Source: Callorhinchus milii
Lineage: Eukaryota
Length of the DNA: 64,000 nt
Direction of reading: 5' to 3'
Assembly (NCBI RefSeq): GCF_018977255.1
Contig: NW_024704746.1
Span: 21,762,001 to 21,826,000, forward strand
The notes under the pieces were generated by a model. That model ran no database searches and was not told where the DNA came from. It saw nothing but the letters and a program-made list of their open reading frames with translations. Made by a program: the position numbers and the translations under genes. Each line of letters begins with the position of its first letter. The stretch's first letter is position 1. Positions 1 to 11,400 of the stretch are shown here, piece by piece.

Positions 1-132
1 GATGCAAGGTTGGTTCAGTTCCTAAAGGATTTGTATCAAGTCGAGCATAAAACGAGATTGGATCCCCAATGAAAAGCTGCTGCTTTAATCTTCAGGCCGT
101 ATCCTAAGGAAATCTTTTCTTTCACGATTTAG

Positions 133-263
133 ATTTTCGTGGAGTATTTTGGGGAACTGGAACAAGAAAGTGTACGGGACAATTTTGTTCTGATGTACGA
201 ACTCCTTGATGAGATTATGGACTTTGGCTACCCGCAGTTCACTGAGACTGCCATCCTCCAGGA
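133..263 (+). CDS. mu1-like exon ([44 protein letters not shown])
   Basis: tttag acceptor, GA|gtaggt donor, 131 bp; clathrin adaptor mu signature. Confidence 0.93.
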
Positions 264-3200
264 GTAGGTATACTCAGCTGAACCCTCTCTTTGTAAACAT
301 CGTGTTCCTACCTTGCATCCAATCCTCCCGATTCTCATGAGTTTTTCTTGAATAGTTTTTAAAATTGTCCCTCCATCGTGTTTGATTGCAGCTCTGTAGC
401 CTTCTGTAGTGGACTCTAATGAATGAGGCTTTCGACCTTTATTATCTTCCTTATCCTGTACTGTACGTCTATAAATCACATCTCAAGACACAGTTGGATG
501 TTGGAGGCTCTTTCACCCTTTGTCCCTCATCCTTCCAGAATATTAATCCTATCATCTTCCTATTTCAGCATCAAATGACTGTTTAAAGTAAGTCCAGTAA
601 ACCAGCCTTAACCATCTTTCCTGGTGAACCATTCCAGCTGTTACTTAACCTCTGTGTATATAAATACTTCCTGGAGTGAATCCTAAAATTGGGCTTCGCA
701 ATCCAAGCCTGTGTCCTCTTGACTTGCTGCCTTGAGTTATTTGAAAGTATGTCTGGGTTTACTTTCCCTGTCTGTTAACGACCTTAAATACCTTTATACG
801 GTACATTTTGAGATGTCGTTACGTGTCTGAAGATCCCCAGTTTGTTTGGTTCTCTCTGGTTCATAAAATGAGGATATTTAATTGTAGCAAAGGCGCAACT
901 TGACAGCAGAGCTGAGGCTCTGCAGCATCTGTGCAAAGCCACAGTTAATGAATAATAAAACACATTAGGTCCTCTATTCCCCTGCAGTTATGCATTGCAA
1001 GTAATAAATATATTCCGATCACGCCCCCTGTAGTTTGCAGGATACAATTATTCTGTCGCAATCAGATCACAATGGATTCTCAAACACTGAAGGTATTCAG
1101 CTTAGCTCACGTTAAGGTTTAAAACACTTTAGAAGGCATCACAGCTAAGGCTCGATCCTGTCCTCACTTAGTATTAACAGGTATCTCTGAGACACTATTC
1201 TGTATGAGGGGCGCTATATAAATGCAAATTGTTGTTGTTGCTTCTTTCAGCAGGGATCACAGGGCAATAACCAGAAACAAGAGCCTTGCAGATATTTGCC
1301 TTCATTAATCACAAGGATTATTTGGCCAATTGTAGCACACCCCCAAACCAGCTCAGCCCAGATCAGCTCACTATCCCAGTCCAGGGATCAAGGTTGGGAT
1401 CTCCCCATCCTATCTGTTTCAGCACCACTCCAGGCTATGCATTTACCCACTGAGCCATTGGGAAGATTCCTCCTGCCTTTATTTGAAGACCATCAATTCC
1501 TCTTCCTGGACTCGGGTTAAACAGGGAGACATATTCAGATGGTTTAAGATACAGTGTTAAGGGAAGATGGGGGTTACATATAAATAAATCGTCACAAAAC
1601 AAACAGTAGAAAAGCAAAGGTTTGATCAAAACTAAATAACTGACCAAATATTATAATGAGATACAGGAAAATTTATGTTTTTTTTAAAAAAACCTGTATT
1701 TGAGCAAGGTTGTGCATTTAATCAAACTGGGTTCACGAGCAGATGGAACTGAGCCAGACTGAGAATTGTAGAAGAAATGAGCCAACTGTAACCTTTCTTG
1801 CGACAATAAAATCTTCCCATCTTTTTTATTCTTGTGTCCTGCTTTCCCACAGATACATCACACAGGAAGGTTATAAACTCAAGCAGGGAGCACCCAAGCC
1901 TCCAGCTGCTGTCACCAACGCTGTGTCCTGGAGATCAGAGGGGATCAAGTATCGCAAGAACGAACTCTTCATCGACATTATCGAGTCAATCAACTTCCTG
2001 GTTAGTGAACGCTCTTCAAAGAGAACATCAGAGGTGTACAGGTATTGGCGGTTTCACCCTGTGCCCAGTGCCACCTGACGAATCCTCTCAGCGTTAGTCA
2101 CAGACTAACCCAAACACTCCTATTTTATTACCCCAAAATCTGGCTTTCATTGCCAAAGCAGTGGAAAAATCAGAGAGGAAAACAAAGAGAGAATATAATT
2201 ATCTATCATTCTGACCACACTGTGAATTTTCCACAGGTGAACGCTCAAGGCTGTGTGGTTCACAGTGAGATCCTGGGACACGTATTGATGAACAGTTTGC
2301 TCAGTGGCATGCCTGAAATCAATTTGTGCTTCAATGACAACGCACTTTTCAACCACAGCCAAAGTAAGTGCAAGACATACAAGGGAAAGAGACGGGATGA
2401 GATGCAAAGTTCAGTCAGTGGCCTAAAGAGGGAGGGTTTGCATCTGAATGAAGCTGTTGAGTTTATGTCAAATCGATAATGTTAATCTCGGTTGACTAGA
2501 TTCATTCTCAATGACAAACGGTGGACTTTTGAAGTGACGATGAGGCAACCTGATCTGAATATCCCCTTTAAAATTTTGTGGGCATTTTAAGGCGCTATAT
2601 CAAATGCAAGGATTATTATTATTAATAAATGGGAAGAAAACAACAGAATGTAAATACATATGGAAGTATTCTGACCAGGGTCATAGGTAAAGGAACCAGA
2701 CGTGGCCAATAAAATACGATTAACCTAAAGTAAAATGATTACCTGTGGCCAGTGGAATATCTTGAATTGTGAGTTTAATTTTTGATAATTTAAAAATAAA
2801 GCAAAACACCATCATTGACTCGAAATGTTTCTGAATAAAGTGAACCTGGAACTTCAAAGCCTTGAGTAACGTTGACAATCCTATTCCAAAGTGGGAGACG
2901 CAAACCCTGTGGACTTTGAGGACATCAAGTTCCATTCGTGTGTCCGTCTGTCTCGCTTTGAAAGCGAGCGTGCCATCACGTTCATCCCACCCGACAAGGA
3001 GTTTGAGCTCATGTCGTACCGAGTGACCAGTCGAGTAAGATACCTTTATTAAATCGGTTGCTGTTGTGCTGATCTTGCTGCACCAAAATCTTCCAACACG
3101 CAGTGAGACAGCAACTACTCTCAATGTGATGTTTTTAATCAGAAAGATTCCCCGGGCACGTCTCGCAAGGCACGTCTCAAGACCGTCCTCTTCGACCATG

Positions 3201-6200
3201 CCTTCGGCCACCCCTACCCTCCCTGCCCTCCAGCACTCCCGATCCCAGGCCAACAAAAAGAAATGTTTCTTGATTGAATATTTCTTGATTGATGGCACGA
3301 TTCTATGCTATTTTGTTATTTCTATGATTATTTTGTCGGTCACCAATGTCTTAGATAGAGCCTTCTTACGGGATCTAATGGTTGGATTTGCCTTGTTGGG
3401 ATGGGTTGGTTGGGACCAGGGCTCTTTCACTGGAGTATTCAAAGGAAGAAGCTCATTATTGTGGGTATGTGTTAAATTGACGACTTTACGTTTATCCATC
3501 GCTGCCCCTCCCCACCACCAAATTCTGTAACGCCTGAATTTGAAATCCTTTACTGCACAATATTCCTCGAGAGCAGAATCCGCAACCGAATGGATTAATG
3601 TTTTGAACGGTGAAAATCTCGAACTGTAAATGATCCTGCGATTTACCGTGTCCTCAGGTCAGACCATTTCTCGTGGTGGTTGCAGATGTCCAGAGATATA
3701 TGCACAGTAGAATGGAGATCACGGTCAAGGTAAGGCACGACACCACAATATCTTAAGATTTGGTGCAACATGCTTAGGTTGGAGGTTTCGTCCACAATAT
3801 ATACAGTCACTTTACTTTACAGCATATTCTGTGAAGCTCCATGAGACATCTAGAAGATGTGATAAGGCGCTATACTGAATTCAAAGATTATTATTATTAT
3901 TTATCGTAGGTACATTTGTACAACAGAACCGAAAAGTGAGTCTCAAAGCATTTCTTGCGATTTTTAAATCTGCTCAGAGTCAATAATATAATAAATCCTG
4001 CATTTGACATTCTGCAGCAATTTATTATGTCGTCAAACTGGTTTGCAGGATATACTGTAAAGGGATGTGTGTGACTGTATTTTGTGGGTGAGTTGCCACA
4101 CAACCAGCACTTAGGGATAGGAGGGGGGAGAAGAGAGGAAGAGAGTATAGCATTGTTTGAGGATTGTTGAGGGCTCCACCACTAATTTTTCTCTGCCTCC
4201 TCGTGGAAAAATGACGAGGCTTCCCGCTGGTTGATCTATTAATTGACACAGGATTTAAGAGTGCAGATTATCCCTTTCACTATCTGCCCTTGAAGTTGGT
4301 ACCTCAACGTGGCACAAGGTCGTTCATAATAAAATGAATATTATGAAAACCTTCTATCCTACTCCACGGACACGCTCTCTCCTCGTGCTCTCCAGGGACA
4401 ACAGTAACCACTTTCCTGTAACAATCGCACAAAACAGCCCGAATATTTGCGTTTGATCTCGTGCCCTGTCATGACTGAAGGTCCGGGAGACACTTCATAC
4501 GATGATTTATTTTGACGTGCGTATGACCACCTCATACAATAAAGGGAGATAGATGGCTGGTTGCTTGTATCTGCGCAGGTTAAAGGGCAGTTTAAAGAGC
4601 GCCTCTCCGCTACAAATGTTGTGATCATTGTCCCGGTTCCCAGCGACGCCTCATCTCCCAAATTCAATACCGCTAAAGGACATGTGCAATGGGCGCCAGA
4701 GGAGAGTGCCATCATCTGGTCTATAAACTCCATTCAGGTAAAGCCATGGAAAGATTACGTGTTNGTGTGTGTGTGTGTGTGTTGGTGCGTGTGTCTGTGC
4801 AGCTGTATGTACAGCAACAACAACTTGCTTTTATATTACGCCTCTCAATATACGATAAATGCCTGGAGGAACGTTCCAAAAATAAGATGGATTCAAATTA
4901 TAATAGCAGCAATAATCCTTGCATTTGACACGTCAATGACTAAGTCAATTCTCTTTATATCCCTGTGAAGCCCTTTGAGACGTCTTGAAGACGTGATATT
5001 AAATGCAAGGATTATTATTATTATTACAATATAGCTCTTTAATGAAAAACGTGCAGGAAACGTCCAGTTGTACAATGATCTGTTGAGATCTCCTGTTTTC
5101 CCTCAAGGGCGGAAAGCAATTTGCAATGAAGGCTCACCTGGGGCTGCCCAGTGTACAAGCCGAGGAGCCTGAGGGAAGGCCCCCCATCAGAGTGAAATTC
5201 CAAATCCAATACCTGGCCTCCTCAGGCCTGCAGGTAACAGAGCATCACAACCAACAATCTGCCAACCCCAACGAGTGGAAACCATGGCGCAGTGAGTGGC
5301 CGATAATCAACACAAGCCATTTACATTTAGTGGTTGATTCCCCCCCCCCCCCGCTGAAGCAGACCCTTCTTTTTTGAGGTCGGGGTCACACCCTACAAGA
5401 CAGCTTCTGGGGAGCGTTACATCTCGGCAGCACGTCAGACGCTTTGAACCACGTCAGACGCCCGATATATCACGGTGACACTTTAGAGCGCTTAACAACC
5501 ACAATAACTTACGTTTACATAGTGTCCCTCACGCAGGGCAGAGTCCCTGAGCGCTTAAACAAGTATTGTTCTAAGCTACAGGCCGAGAGTCAAATGTTTC
5601 TTGTTTCTTAGATCAAATATATCCGGATAATTGAAAAGAGCCTCTACAGTGCGGTCTCCTGGGTCAGATCTCTGACACAGAGCGGAGGTAAGAATTAAGT
5701 TTGAAATTCTGCCTGGGTCGAAATTACTCACTTTTCCGTAAAGCATTTTCGAATGTTATTGAGAGGCCCTAATAATAACGTGTGACATCTGGACATGTTA
5801 AATACAACCTCGATTTTTAGAATTTTTTTTAAAGAAAAGGTAAGACTTGCCACTCAATTTGCCCAATTCTGGACCCTGTAAAAGCTACATAAGTTAAGTC
5901 TAGACCCAGGTGGAATCTCTCCCCATCTGTGCCTTTCATTATATGGACTATACTCATCATTTAGAAAGGTTTCTCAGAGCAGCAATGAGCAACTGCAATG
6001 CCTTGTACCACAGAGTAGTGAGAGAAGCATTAAGTGGAACCCAGAGGGTCGAGGAGCACTGAACTGTCAGTCAAACCTTCCCAAGATCCTTCCATTAAAT
6101 CCTTGCATTTGATATAGCGCCTTATGGTGCAATGGCAACACTCGCAAAGCACTGGCTGTGCATCACCGGGGTGGGGGGGGGGGACTAACATTTCAGCACC

Positions 6201-6736
6201 AATTCACATGTCCATTTGTGCATTATTTCCATCAGGCCCAGAAGGGCGCAGCCACAATGACAGGCATGTGTTTTAAAAAATAAAGGTAGTATTGGAGCGG
6301 CGTGTTGATGGGCATTTGATGTTATTCGGTTGCTCAGTAGCTCGAGCCTTCCAGTGAATTGTTCTCAGGATCCCTGAGTTGCCCTTTGCTGGCTCCCGGG
6401 GCAAATCACCTATTGAACAATGGGAATGCTTCTGTTCATAAAAACACAAGAATTTGCTGGCGAAAGAAGACCAAGTTCCATCTAGTTGGCCTTCCACCAT
6501 CCTGGCAGTCGCTTGACACGTCTTGTCCCCAAACTTAATACTTAATACAATATCAGTAATACTGAACAGCTTCAGGAAAGGAGAAAGTAGCACAAGAAGG
6601 CTACCTGGTTAGTGCTGTGCTTTAATGCAGTGAGTACATTAATAATTATTATTATTATTATAATTAATAATTATTATTGAACATAAAATGTGCTATATGT
6701 CAATGTCCCTTTCCAGATTTTCAGATCCGGATTTAG
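133..6736 (+). CDS. AP-1 complex subunit mu1-family protein (AP1M1/AP1M2/ap1m3-like), 5'-partial, divergent paralogue; 9 coding exons in window
   Basis: Exons 133-263, 1853-2000, 2237-2363, 2892-3034, 3658-3729, 4579-4737, 5108-5233, 5612-5687, 6717-6736 have AG/GT borders and join in one open frame. Motifs: [105 protein letters not shown]. Exact orthology unresolved. Confidence 0.93.
1853..2000 (+). CDS. mu1-like exon ([49 protein letters not shown])
   Basis: cccacag acceptor, gttagt donor, 148 bp; linker Thr and FxD of the YxxPhi pocket. Confidence 0.95.
2237..2363 (+). CDS. mu1-like exon ([42 protein letters not shown])
   Basis: ccacag acceptor, gtaagt donor, 127 bp; LSGMPE motif. Confidence 0.93.
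2892..3034 (+). CDS. mu1-like exon ([47 protein letters not shown])
   Basis: aag acceptor, gtaaga donor, 143 bp; FHxCV and FIPPD motifs. Confidence 0.92.
3658..3729 (+). CDS. mu1-like exon ([24 protein letters not shown])
   Basis: cctcag acceptor, gtaagg donor, 72 bp, phase 0-0. Confidence 0.88.
4579..4737 (+). CDS. mu1-like exon ([29 protein letters not shown]...IIWSINSIQ)
   Basis: gcgcag acceptor, gtaaag donor, 159 bp. Confidence 0.93.
5108..5233 (+). CDS. mu1-like exon ([42 protein letters not shown])
   Basis: ctcaag acceptor, gtaaca donor, 126 bp. Confidence 0.93.
5612..5687 (+). CDS. mu1-like exon ([25 protein letters not shown])
   Basis: tcttag acceptor, gtaaga donor, 76 bp; WVR of the Tyr pocket. 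Confidence 0.92.
6380..6610 (-). mobile_element. CR1-like LINE 3' UTR relic
   Basis: aagaatttgctggcgaaagaagacc...catctag...ccttccaccatcctggcagt is shared with 18660-18830 and, inverted, with 7540-7680. Confidence 0.55.
6717..6736 (+). CDS. mu1-like terminal coding exon (DFQIRI*)
   Basis: ccctttccag acceptor; completes the G|AT codon; matches the mu1 C-terminus DYQLRT; TAG stop. Confidence 0.85.
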
Positions 6737-8438
6737 AACGCAGTGTCTCCCAGTTCCACTTCAGACAGAAGACGTGCGATTTCAGCTGGAGACTGACCAT
6801 CAGTCACAAGAACATGACTCACAGCGTCGCCTGCGCTCGTGTGACATGCAACAGTAAATACACCAGTTACACAACGGGTCATATCCCAGCTGTCGTGTAC
6901 TTGGCTTAAGCTGCTCTTTTTTGTTATGTCATCCTGGCTCAGTGTCCTGTCAGTCTGGGATGTCCGTCTTCTCGCTGTGAAAGGCACTGTACCAAATGCA
7001 AGGATTATTATTGTATTATTAAAGGCAGAATACGATGGACAAGGTGTCACCTTTCCCTAGGATTCGAAGCTTCTTTCACTCTCACTCCCTAAGTCGAAGC
7101 CTGTTACAACCAAAGAGGGATTTTTCCCACTCACTCTCCTCCAACGCAGGTCAGGTGGCAAGTAGCTGACAGTTTGCTGGTCAACTGTTTTGCAGGTATA
7201 TATAATGTCTTATCCTGCCAATTGTGATGCACTTTGATATCCACGAATGTGACGAGTGTTCTCCATTATCGCCACTCATTACGCTGCCTCAAAAGATTTC
7301 ATATGTGACGTTTAAACCCACTTCAACCACAGTGTTCGGAGGGACCTGCTGTTCGACGTGAGTGAAGCAGACAAGTATATTGCGATTGAAAGGGGGTGGG
7401 GGTGTAAATTCAGAACAAATCTGCAGAAAAACTACTTCAGCGGGCGAGTAGGAAAACCTATGGAACAGTCTCCCCCAGGAGACACATGGTGGAAGCAGAA
7501 AATGTTGTTTGTTTCAAGAACAAATTGGATTGATTTCTGCTAGAAAATAATATCTGGGGGTACAGTATATACTTTGGGGACATAACATGTCAAGCAACTG
7601 CCAGGCAGGATGGTGGAAGGCAAACTAGATTGGGCCTTGGTCTTCTTTCGCTACCAAATTTGTACGTTCTTGTGTATAAGGACCCATAAAAATCAATGGA
7701 AACCCTTCCATAAAAATCCACGCAACTGACAGAAACGATAGAAAAGGAATAGAACCAAATGTTCCTGTTTACCGTGCATTTTCCTTTTAATCATGGATCC
7801 CATTTATAATGATGTTCTTCTTACTCCAAAAAAAAAGAAAGACATTTTCAGAAGTGCATTTTAAAATATCAAGAGATGGGAATTCCTCACTTCCAGGAGC
7901 CGATGCTGTCAAAATAGTTACATAGAAAGAACGTAGATTTTTAAAATAAAAAAACCTGCAAGTATACCTTTCAGATAGCTCAGACACAGTATATGTAAAT
8001 ATTACTCCTTTTTTTTTTCTCTCTCTCTATACACAACATTAGAAGGCATTCTGATCCAATCCACACTCATATTTCCATGCAAACATCAACACACCATCCA
8101 AGTGCCATCCTGGGTACAATAAATAGCTTCTGTACACATTTGTACAATAGATACATATAAAGTGAACTTGCGCTCTGCTCTCTCTCTCTTTATCACCCTT
8201 AATTCCATACTTCTCAACAGCAGCTTTCTTCCACTAAGTGTGTCAGTCAGTGACATGAACAGCCTCCAGACGTCAGCAAATTAAAGGGTGCTGATCCGTC
8301 CGAGGAAAGATAATGGGCACGGCGAAGAAAAGGCGGTCATTGTTAATTCAGATCAATGTTGCTGCAGTTCTGGTGTGGGTTGGGTCGGGGTTTGGGGAAA
8401 TCAGTGTCTATGGAGCACACATTCTGTTCAGGAAAGCT

Positions 8439-8480
8439 TTACCGTATCCTAGTAAAAAGGTTAAGGACAGATTTGGATTC
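8439..8480 (-). CDS. FZR1: FZR1-like last coding exon ([13 protein letters not shown])
   Basis: ttttcag acceptor; IR tail and TAA. Confidence 0.93.
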   Translation of the reverse strand, partial: ESKSVLNLFTRIR

Positions 8481-11400
8481 CTGAAAAATAAAGAGTGGGG
8501 AAAAAGTTTGTTAGGAAATATTAACGACAATCAAACAGATAAGAGTTATAATAATAATATTAATCCTTGCATTTGATATCGCGCCTTATCACGTCTCTGA
8601 AACTTCAGAGCGCTTCACAGGATAGACTGTAAATACTATATAGCCTGTGGGCAAAACGCGGCAGCCAATTGCGCACAGCAGCGTCTCCGCAAACAGTCGT
8701 GCTTTGAAGTGACCAAATTGTCACTTTTTAATAAGTCAACGCTCGGAGTTAACCCTTCAGAGCGGTGACCGCCGCACGGTAGCGTGAAGTGTTTTGCAGT
8801 GCGGGTACCTTAGTCGACCGGGTTTTGCTGAAAACGTTCCAGAACCGCAATGTTTCGTCCCCCGCTCCTGTTACGATGGCCTCTCCGTCGGGTGATATGG
8901 CCTGAGGGGGCGAGAGGGAATTTTAAAATGTTACAACACGCTCGACCAGAAAAAGAGGTGTCTTTCTGGATGCCTCACCTCTCGTCTAAGCAAAATGGAT
9001 TTGAGTGAAAGGTTTTGAGTAAAAACAACACAACCAAAGCCCCAGTGTGGAGTTAACTCAACTGCCGGAGTGACACACCATCGGCCTTCAATGGCCCAGC
9101 TGTCCTCTACCACCCCCTGCCCCCCCCACCCCAAAAGGTGCAGCAGTGAGCAGGTTTCAGGCTCTACTGCCGACACCCATTCCTCTGTCGTCTCTCAAAA
9201 TCCAGAGTGATCAACAAGGACACCTGGAATACACACACACACACACACGCACACACAGGGTGACCAAAAAGTCGCAATACCATTACAATGTACAAGGTAT
9301 AATAAGTCTTAAAAATGATGATATTTGTTTTTTTAGGTAGGGGAGATATCATGACTTTTTGGTCTACACACACATATATACATACATATATTTATGCATA
9401 AACAATGGTTGTGTGTGCGCGTGAGAGAGAGAGAGAGAGACACAGACAGACAAGACGGGGTAGATGATAAAAACAGGAGTTTTTACAAAGTGCAAAGTGA
9501 GAGCCATCTGCTGGCTGATCAAAGGCAGCACCGACACACTTCACCTCCGGCCAGACACTCCGCAGAGTGTCCGAGGCTTAATCCTTTCACAGAGAGAATG
9601 GCTACTGGCCCCTTTAAAAGGCCGGTCCGTAGGTAGCCCCGTCTTTACACCCGACGCCACAGCCAAACCGCTCACCAGGTAGAGGACTCTGTATGAATGA
9701 CCTGTCAGTTTGGCAACTTGTGTTAACGATGGGTATTTCCACACCAGGATCTGATTCTGCGAGTAGCCGTGCGTGCTGACCTGGGGAGCAAAAGGAAATC
9801 CCGTCACAGAACAGCAAACTCCCAAGGATTATTCATCGTCCTTATTATAATAATAACAATCCTTGCATTTGCTACAGCGCCTTATCACGTCTTCGAGACG
9901 TCTCAAAGCGCTTCACAGGCTAGACTGTAAAGTGTAGTGACTGTATACATTGTGGGCGGCCAATCGCGCCCAGCGGCGTCCCCCCCCACAAACGGCCGTG
10001 GAGACTGAAGTGACCGAATTGTTATTACATTTTGTTTGAAGGGATGATGACAGGACGAATTGTGGGGCTCACCAGCTCGTTTGCGTGCTTGGACCAGGCC
10101 AGGTTGCAGACTTGTGAGCCGGTGTCCACACACTGTAAAGGCTGACACGTCAGGGTGTTGGAAAAGCGGATGCAGCGATCGGCCGTGCCCCCACCCGAGG
10201 CCAGCAGCCCGTGCTGGTGGGGGGACCAGGCAATGGCCTTGACAGCAGCTAAATGTTCTGTGTACTGCTGCACCGGGCTCAGGCTCGAGTTGTTCCACAC
10301 AAAGAGCTGCGGGAGGAAAGAAAGATGGCGTGAGAGGGAGGCTTTTCCTGTCTACGTGGGGAAGAGGAGTGGGGGCGAGGGTGCAGGTGGGGGGCTGTGG
10401 AAACAGACCATGGAGTTCTACATCATCACAAAGTGCTGACGGAGGCAAAATAAAATACCACGACTCACGAGGTGACCAAAAAGTTCCATAATTTCCCCCC
10501 CGCAAAAAAAATCATCATTTCTTTGATAAGACTTGTTAGAGATTGTAATGGTATCATAACTCCCTGGTTACCCTGTATGTGGCAACCCTCACTTGGTGGA
10601 AACGGATTCAATAACAACTCTCAAAAGGGAAGTGGGTAGGAGGACTTGAAGAGGAAACATTTGCAAAGATTTGGGGAAAGAGCAGGGGCAGTGGGACTGA
10701 TCAGGAAGCTCTTCCAAAGAGATGGCACTGGCACGATGGGCCGAATGGCCTCCTTTTGTGCTGCAATATTCTGTTGTTCCATGAAGATGGTTTGAGCTTC
10801 TTGAAGCGCCTCGCCTCTCTCTGCCCGAGCTCTGATGTCTGACCTGGCTGCTACACGTGGGTCCCTGGGGGTGGGTGGGGATGTGTGTGGAGTGTGGCGT
10901 GTGGAGGGGGTGGTGGGGGAGTGAGGATTGACCCCTGGGGGGAGGGTACCTTGTTGTCGTTGCCCCCGGACGCCAGATGCTGGTGGTCGGGTGACCACTT
11001 TAGACCACAGACTTCCTGCCTGTGACCCTGCAGTCTCCGCTCGCTCTGGAGTGGGGGAGTTCGCACGTCCCTCTGCAGGATGAGCCGGTCCCGACTTCCC
11101 GATGACAGCTGATCAGCGTTCCAGGCCAACGCACCTGTGGATCGCGATCACAGAGATTACAGCAATGGGAGGAGGCCTTCAGCCTCTACCCCCCCCACTC
11201 GCGCCCCCAGCCCCACCCCGAGCCCCTGCCCCTAACCCCCACCCCGAGCCCCAGCCCCTAACCCCCAGCCCCCGGTACGATTTGCCTTCAAACTCACCGA
11301 CTCGAGCCGAATGTCCATCGAGTGAGGTCAGCTTCTTGCCTGCAGCCGCATCCCAAATCTGCACGTAACCTTTGTGGGTTCCCACAGCCACGAAATTGCC

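Noticed and set aside
2720-3298. 192-aa minus-strand ORF
   Set aside because: Antisense shadow of a mu1 exon plus intronic sequence; no recognisable domain.
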